A DNA stretch of 64,000 nucleotides, from positions 80,075 through 144,074 of the forward strand of contig CAWGKU010000008.1 of NCBI GenBank assembly GCA_963823255.1, written 5' to 3'. Shown in pieces: positions 59,630-64,000 of this stretch. The stretch is from an uncultured Actinomycetes bacterium (GTDB taxonomy: Bacteria > Actinomycetota > UBA4738 > HRBIN12). How positions within the stretch are numbered: position 1 is the first letter of the stretch; each line of letters opens with the position of its first letter. The notes beneath the pieces were generated by a model that was given only the letters and a program-made list of their open reading frames with translations, searched no databases and had not been told where the DNA came from. A program made the translations under genes and the position numbers.

Positions 59630-60265
59630 ATGCGCAAACGGGTCATCAGGGCGGGCGAGATCGAGATCGAGGACTCGGAGGGGCGCGTGCGCGCCCGGTT
59701 CGGCGTCTCGAACGAGGATCTCCCGTTCATGTCGTTCTACGGTGCGGACGACAAGCTGCGCGCGCGGTTCGGCGTGCAGCCAGACGGTTCGGCCGGCCTG
59801 GCGATCGCCGACGACGAGGGCAAGGTCCGTGCGACCTTCGGCCTGTTCTCCGACGGGTCGGCGAGCATGGCGATGGTCGACCGCAACGGGAGGGTCCGCG
59901 CGAAGTTCGGCCTGGGCACCGAGGGCTCGCCCACCCTCGCGCTCCGCAACAAGGACGGTCAGCTCGGCTTCGTGTACTCGCTCGCGCAGCAGGGCTCGCC
60001 GACGATCTCGCTGCAGGACGAGGACGGCAAGGTGCGCGCCCGCATCGGGCTCGCGGCCGAGGGCTCGCCGATCCTGCGGCTGTTGAACAAGGAGGGCGAG
60101 CTCCGCGCGATCATGGGTCTGACCGGGGACGGGACGCCCGTGATGCAGTTCCTCGACGCGAAGGGCGAACCCGAGTGGACGACACCGAGTTCGTTCTCGC
60201 CGACCGACGTGACCCCTCCCGATGCGCCGAAGCCTTCCGAGCCGGAGGCTCGGGAGCGGGGCTGA
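59630..60265 (+). CDS. tandem-repeat protein: about 7.5 copies of a 23-residue unit (consensus x-h-x-h-x-D-x-x-G-K-V-R-A-x-F-G-L-x-x-x-G-S-P), Pro-rich tail, no signal peptide
   Basis: Repeats were read from the translation (GLAIADDEGKVRATFGLFSDGSA / SMAMVDRNGRVRAKFGLGTEGSP / TISLQDEDGKVRARIGLAAEGSP ...). It is the first gene of the operon that runs to 63176. Confidence 0.65.
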   Translation: MRKRVIRAGEIEIEDSEGRVRARFGVSNEDLPFMSFYGADDKLRARFGVQPDGSAGLAIADDEGKVRATFGLFSDGSASMAMVDRNGRVRAKFGLGTEGSPTLALRNKDGQLGFVYSLAQQGSPTISLQDEDGKVRARIGLAAEGSPILRLLNKEGELRAIMGLTGDGTPVMQFLDAKGEPEWTTPSSFSPTDVTPPDAPKPSEPEARERG

Positions 60266-60271
60266 CGCGGC

Positions 60272-60776
60272 GTGTCAGGATGGTGGGCCGCGGCCTTCGT
60301 CGTCCTGTGGATCCTGGTCGCCGTGCTCGCGGTCGTCGTGGTCGCCCTCGCGCGACAGATCGGCGTGCTACAGCTCCGCCTCGCACCGCTCGGGGCGCTC
60401 GAGATCGACGACGAGGGTCCCCCGCTGGGGGAGGCGCCCGAGGCTCGGGCGGCACGAACGCCTGACGGCTCGTCCACGGTGGTCGGCGGGCCCGGGAGCG
60501 AGCCGGCTGGTGGCGTTCGTCTCGGACACCTGCCCGATCTGCGAGCAGGTCGCGCCCTCGCTGCCGGCGGCCGCCCGCGCGAGCGGGCTCGAGCTGCAGG
60601 TCGTATCGGATCCGGATCTGGAGGTCGCCTACCGCGTCCCGGGGGTGCCGTTCGTCGTCGTGCTCGACGAGCTCGGGCACGTTCGGTCGAAGGGGACCGT
60701 GAACTCGCTCGAGCAGGTCGAGGGTCTGGTCGACACCGCGCGGCGTCGAACGACGCAGGAGCTCCGGGCCGGCTGA
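60272..60776 (+). pseudogene. MauD-like membrane-anchored thioredoxin-fold protein (CPIC active site); 1-nt insertion at about 60503
   Basis: Frame 2 gives VSGWWAAAFVVLWILVAVLAVVVVALARQIGVLQLRLAPLGALE..DGSSTVVGGPGSE. Frame 0 continues RLVAFVSDTCPICEQVAPSL...VPGVPFVVVLDELGHVRSKGTVNSLEQVEGLV. Length is 3n+1. Confidence 0.7.
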
Positions 60777-61300
60777 TGGGGGCCGTCGAGCGAGCCGGGA
60801 CCGAGCTCGCGCGCCGGACGAGCCGCCGTTCGTTCCTCGGCAGGCTCGGCCGAACGATCGTCGCGGTCGCCGGGGGCTCGATGGTGGCCGTCGCGCTCGA
60901 ACCCGACCGCGCCGAGGCCCACCACATCTGCGGCCACCTCTACACGACGGGGTCGTGTCCCCATCCCTACGCGCCGCATTCGAGGACGGACGCGTACGGG
61001 TTCCCGGTGCACCCGCGGCTGGGCTACCCGGTCGACGACGACGGCGCGATCTACCTCTCGGAACGGCAGACGCGGCGGAAGGTGTGTCAGACCGTCGTGC
61101 CCGAACGGTACCCGTTCGTCCAGAACCCCCGCTACGGCGGCGGCTGGAGCCGTTGCTGCAACGGCCGGGTGCGGCACATCCAGGACTGCTGCTCGATCTC
61201 CGACACGCGGATCAACGGTGACGGCGCGGTGCGCGGTTACTGCCCGCGCGGCCGCAAGGTCTTCTGCATCACGTACCGGGAGCTGAACGTCCGATGCTGA
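60776..61300 (+). CDS. Tat-exported cysteine-rich protein homologous to the methylamine/aralkylamine dehydrogenase light chain (MauA-like)
   Basis: The Tat leader TELARRTSRRSFLGRLGRTIVAVAGG parallels the MauA leader. The mature part has 10 Cys, including W-SRCC...QDCC, and a single Trp. The start forms an ATGA overlap with the upstream stop. Confidence 0.7.
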   Translation: MGAVERAGTELARRTSRRSFLGRLGRTIVAVAGGSMVAVALEPDRAEAHHICGHLYTTGSCPHPYAPHSRTDAYGFPVHPRLGYPVDDDGAIYLSERQTRRKVCQTVVPERYPFVQNPRYGGGWSRCCNGRVRHIQDCCSISDTRINGDGAVRGYCPRGRKVFCITYRELNVRC

Positions 61301-61371
61301 GCGAACCCGTCGGTCTCGCGCTCGTCGTGGCGTCGGTGGTGGCGGGGATCTCGAGCCTGTTCGGGCCCTGA
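61294..61371 (+). CDS. possible 25-aa hydrophobic peptide MLSEPVGLALVVASVVAGISSLFGP, or the true 5' end of the next gene interrupted by an in-frame TGA
   Basis: The ATG overlaps the MauA-like stop (ATGCTGA). GC3 is 23/25. It is in the same frame as the 61381 ORF, separated only by TGA plus 3 codons. Confidence 0.4.
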   Translation: MLSEPVGLALVVASVVAGISSLFGP

Positions 61372-61380
61372 GGCCTCTCG

Positions 61381-62514
61381 ATGGTGGAAACCATCACCCC
61401 CGTCGTGCACGGGGGCAGCCGGAGCCGATGGGCGGTTTCGGTCGCCCTGCACGCGATCGGAGCCGCCACGTCCGCCGCGATCGCCGGCGCGCTGCTCGCA
61501 GCTGCCGGCGGGCTGCTCGGTGCGCCCTGGGGCGTTGCGGGCCTGGGACTCGTCGCCGCGTCGGCCGCGCTGTACGTAGCGCGCGAACTCGGGGCACCGG
61601 TGCCGGTGCCGCAGTTGCGGCGGCAGGTGCCCGACTGGTGGCGCACGTTCTTCCCGCCGCACGTCGCTGCGTTGCTGTACGGGATCGGGCTCGGGCCCGG
61701 GTTCCTGACGTACCTGGGCCATGGGACGGTCGTCGTGGTGTCGGTCGCCGCGTTCGCGAGCGGACGACCGCTCGTCGGGGCGGCGGTCCTCGCCCCGTTC
61801 GGTTTGGCCCGCGGGTTGGGGCCCGTGCTGGCGCTTGGCGTGCGCTCACCGAGCGAGGGAGCGGCCCTCGTCGAGCGCCTCGAGCGGTCGGCGTCCCGGG
61901 CGCGATGGCAGGTCGCGAACGCGCTCGCGCTGTCGGCGGTCGCGGCGGCGATCGTGGTCGAGATCCGGACGTTCGAGGGACCTTCCGGGTTCGGCGGGCT
62001 CGCGGCCGCCGTGCTGGGGCTCACGTTCACCGCGGCCGCGGTGACGAAGCTGGCGCGCGGAGCCGCGTGGAGGCGGACACTTGCGGCGTACCGGCTCCCG
62101 GGCGGGGTCTCGCGGCTCGTGGCCTCCGTGATCCCGATCGTCGAGCTCGTGATCGTCGGGCTCGTGGTCGTGGGGCTGGGAGCGACGGCGGGGCTCGTGT
62201 CGCTCGTGGCGCTGGTGTCGTTCTCCGCGGCGATCGTGGTGGGTCGCGTTCGGTCGGGCCGGCGTCTGGGGTGCGGGTGCTTCGGTGGTTCGACGACCCG
62301 GGATTACCGGGTTCTGCTCACCCGCAACCTCGCGCTCGCGGGGATCGCGCTCGGGGCGTGGAGGATGGGGGAGGACGCGCCGCTCGTGCGATCGCTCCGC
62401 GAACCCGGCGGCGCCGACCTGCTCCCTGCGGCCCTGATCGTGCTCGGCCTCGCCCTGGCCGCGTGGGTGGGGGCGACGGCGTTCGCAGGCGCAGGCCGGA
62501 GATCCGGTCGTTGA
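61381..62514 (+). CDS. polytopic membrane protein: Cys-free N-terminal multi-TM domain fused to a C-terminal MauE/DoxX-type domain
   Basis: The C-terminal half carries the MauE hallmark GCGCFGG and the flanking TM pattern. The N-terminal about 190 aa has 5-6 TM helices and no family is recognised. Confidence 0.65.
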   Translation: MVETITPVVHGGSRSRWAVSVALHAIGAATSAAIAGALLAAAGGLLGAPWGVAGLGLVAASAALYVARELGAPVPVPQLRRQVPDWWRTFFPPHVAALLYGIGLGPGFLTYLGHGTVVVVSVAAFASGRPLVGAAVLAPFGLARGLGPVLALGVRSPSEGAALVERLERSASRARWQVANALALSAVAAAIVVEIRTFEGPSGFGGLAAAVLGLTFTAAAVTKLARGAAWRRTLAAYRLPGGVSRLVASVIPIVELVIVGLVVVGLGATAGLVSLVALVSFSAAIVVGRVRSGRRLGCGCFGGSTTRDYRVLLTRNLALAGIALGAWRMGEDAPLVRSLREPGGADLLPAALIVLGLALAAWVGATAFAGAGRRSGR

Positions 62515-63176
62515 GGCGTCAAGCGCTCGGGCTCGGCGCGCTCGTCGCGGTCACGGCGATCGCGCTCGCGCTGCCCGCTCTGGCGCACCACACCGACCAG
62601 GTTGATCCGAACGACACGGACGGGAAGCTGGACCTGGAGCAGGTGGGGTTCGATCACGAGGGAGAAGTGCCGAGCTGGCGGATGGTGACGTTCTCGACCT
62701 GGACCGTCCGCTCGATCTGGGATCGAGGGAACTTCGTCGTGCAGCTCGACACGAGGGGCGACGCCGCCGCCGATTACGTCGCGGTCGTCCGATCGAACGG
62801 CCGGCGGCTGATCGCCACGTTGTTCCGGCTCCGGAGGAGCGGCCGTCAGATCGAGGTCACCTCGCTCCGCACCGACAAGCAAGACTCGTGGGCCGCCACG
62901 GTGACCGTCCCGCTGAGCGAGGTCTCGATCGGACCGAACCGCAATTCGTACTTCTGGTCGGTGCTCTCGAGCTTCACGGGTGGGAGCTGCGCGCGGACGT
63001 GTCTCGACACTGCTCCCGACGACGGGATGATCGAGCAGCCGCTCCCCGGCGTCACGCCGTCGCCGTCGCCGACCCCGCCCCCGACGCCGACCCCGCCCTC
63101 CGACGCCGACCCCGCCCCCGACGCCGTCCGCGGGCCCGTCCACTTGACGCCGGAGGGCGAAGAGCCGCATCTATGA
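62511..63176 (+). CDS. secreted protein of unknown function with Pro/Thr/Ser-rich C-terminal tail
   Basis: The TTG start overlaps the upstream stop (TTGA). The signal peptide is LRRQALGLGALVAVTAIALALPALA|HH. The body looks beta-rich with one Cys pair (GGSCARTC). Confidence 0.55.
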   Translation: MRRQALGLGALVAVTAIALALPALAHHTDQVDPNDTDGKLDLEQVGFDHEGEVPSWRMVTFSTWTVRSIWDRGNFVVQLDTRGDAAADYVAVVRSNGRRLIATLFRLRRSGRQIEVTSLRTDKQDSWAATVTVPLSEVSIGPNRNSYFWSVLSSFTGGSCARTCLDTAPDDGMIEQPLPGVTPSPSPTPPPTPTPPSDADPAPDAVRGPVHLTPEGEEPHL

Positions 63177-63186
63177 TGGAGGCCTC

Positions 63187-63262
63187 GGGGACGTAGCTCA
63201 GTCGGTAGAGCACCTGCTTTGCAAGCAGGGGGTCGGCGGTTCGAGTCCGCTCGTCTCCACCA
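63187..63262 (+). tRNA. alaT: tRNA-Ala (anticodon TGC), CCA encoded
   Basis: A hand-folded cloverleaf gives acceptor GGGGACG/CGTCTCC with the G3:U70 identity pair, anticodon loop TTTGCAA and T-loop TTCGAGT. Confidence 0.92.
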
Positions 63263-64000
63263 CTAAATGCCCAGGTAGAGGCGCAGATTCATCTCGATGT
63301 GACACCGCCCAAACTGCCTTGTCGCTCTCCTCGTGTACCCTCGGTGTACCGGAAGGAAGAGGTTCGGACGGTTGGCTTGGATCAGGACCTACGAGGTTGA
63401 GTCGGGCGCAAGGTATCGAGTCTTCTGGAAGGACCCGTCGGGCAAGCAGCACGGCAAGGTCTTCAAGCGTCAGAGCGACGCACGTTCCTTCCAACGGTCC
63501 CTCGCCCATGCTCTGGACACAGGGGGCTACACGGACCCTCGTCGAGGGCGTATCACCCTCGCTGAACTGTGGACCGACTTCATCGAGTCTCCTCCGGCTC
63601 CGCTCGCCGCGAGCACCAAGTCTCTGCTATCAAATGCAGTGGCGCGTCCATATCCGACCGCGACTTGGGGATCGACCCATCAACTCGTTGCACCCGGAGG
63701 ATGTGCGCCGCTTCATGTCGGATCTGAATAGGGATGGTGTCGGCGCAACAAGCGTGGACAGCGTCCACCGTCTGCTCCGGAGACTCCTGTCGGTCGCAGT
63801 CAAGGACCGCCGAATCGCGTTCAACCCGGCGTCCGGAATCCATGCACCGCGACCTCCCCGAAAGGAGATGCGGTACCTGAATGCCGAGGAGGTGCGACGC
63901 CTCGCATCCGAGGTCCCGAACCGCTACGAGGCCCTGATTCTTACCTTGGCCTATGCCGGCCTTCGCATCGGTGAGGCGGCAGCCCTACGAACCCGCAATG
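63263..64000 (+). mobile_element. left end of an integrated element (genomic island or prophage) inserted at tRNA-Ala; it continues beyond the window
   Basis: A tyrosine integrase gene begins 70 nt after the tRNA 3' end, and GC visibly drops right after the tRNA. Confidence 0.6.
63333..64000 (+). pseudogene. int: tyrosine-type site-specific integrase (phage integrase family), 3' end outside the window; 1-nt insertion at about 63627
   Basis: Frame 0 gives ...WIRTYEVESGARYRVFWKDPSGKQHGKVFKRQSDARSFQRSL..ITLAELWTDFIES..STKSL. Frame 1 continues YQMQWRVHIRPRLGDRPINSLHPEDVRRFMSDLNRDGVGATSVDSVHRLLRRLLSVAVKDRRIAFNPA...LILTLAYAGLRIGEAAALR. A possible TTG start at 63372 follows SD ggaaggaagagg. Confidence 0.8.

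Noticed and set aside
59630-60265. Repeat protein as a cryptic methylamine dehydrogenase heavy chain (MauB)
   Set aside because: At 211 aa it is far too short for the roughly 380-aa seven-bladed propeller. It has no signal peptide, and its 23-aa period does not fit four-stranded blades.
61369-61371. In-frame TGA as a selenocysteine codon
   Set aside because: No sel genes or Sec-tRNA are in the window, and the downstream hairpins do not obviously resemble a bacterial SECIS. Given the assembly's error rate, a base error or a genuine stop is more likely. It is kept only as a low-probability alternative in the findings.

Overview
This is a high-GC (roughly 70%) chromosomal window from an Actinomycetota-type genome, centred on the replication origin. 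About 75 protein genes, 2 tRNAs and no rRNA or CRISPR are supportable. The core is the classic actinobacterial oriC block. On the minus strand it reads rpmH-rnpA-yidD-yidC-jag-rsmG-parA-parB. On the plus strand it reads dnaA-dnaN-recF-dciA(DUF721)-gyrB-gyrA-DUF3566-tRNA-Ile. To the left is the block syntenic with M. tuberculosis Rv3907c-Rv3915: CCA-adding enzyme, NUDIX, a large Rv3909-like protein, murJ, pseudokinase, ECF sigma/anti-sigma, trxB, trxA and cwlM. That block is interrupted by lineage-specific inserts. These are a PilT/DedA/HExxH-membrane-protein trio, a TauE exporter, a TadE-like gene, and a menaquinone cluster (ubiE, menF, menD, menA, menB, menE). Further left are ino1 (partial), RidA, transporters, an M15 peptidase, MarR plus a TusA-DsrE fusion, nickel superoxide dismutase sodN with its protease sodX, ychF, a Mop-type regulator with modABC, lepB and a P-type ATPase. 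The most unusual content is about 6 kb wedged between tRNA-Ile and tRNA-Ala. It holds a GNAT plus an OSBS/NSAR enolase-superfamily gene. It also holds a tightly coupled operon encoding a 23-residue tandem-repeat protein, a MauD-like thioredoxin-fold protein, a Tat-exported cysteine-rich homolog of the methylamine dehydrogenase light chain (MauA) with only one Trp, a MauE-fusion membrane protein and an unknown secreted protein. No heavy chain, MauG or amicyanin is visible. A tyrosine integrase follows tRNA-Ala at the window edge, marking the start of an integrated element. A striking technical or biological feature is that at least 11 otherwise well-conserved genes carry single-nucleotide frameshifts. 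Many genes show a TAnnnT (often TAGACT) -10 box 6-9 nt upstream of the start codon, implying leaderless transcripts. All functional calls come from reading translated motifs by eye. No database search was run.
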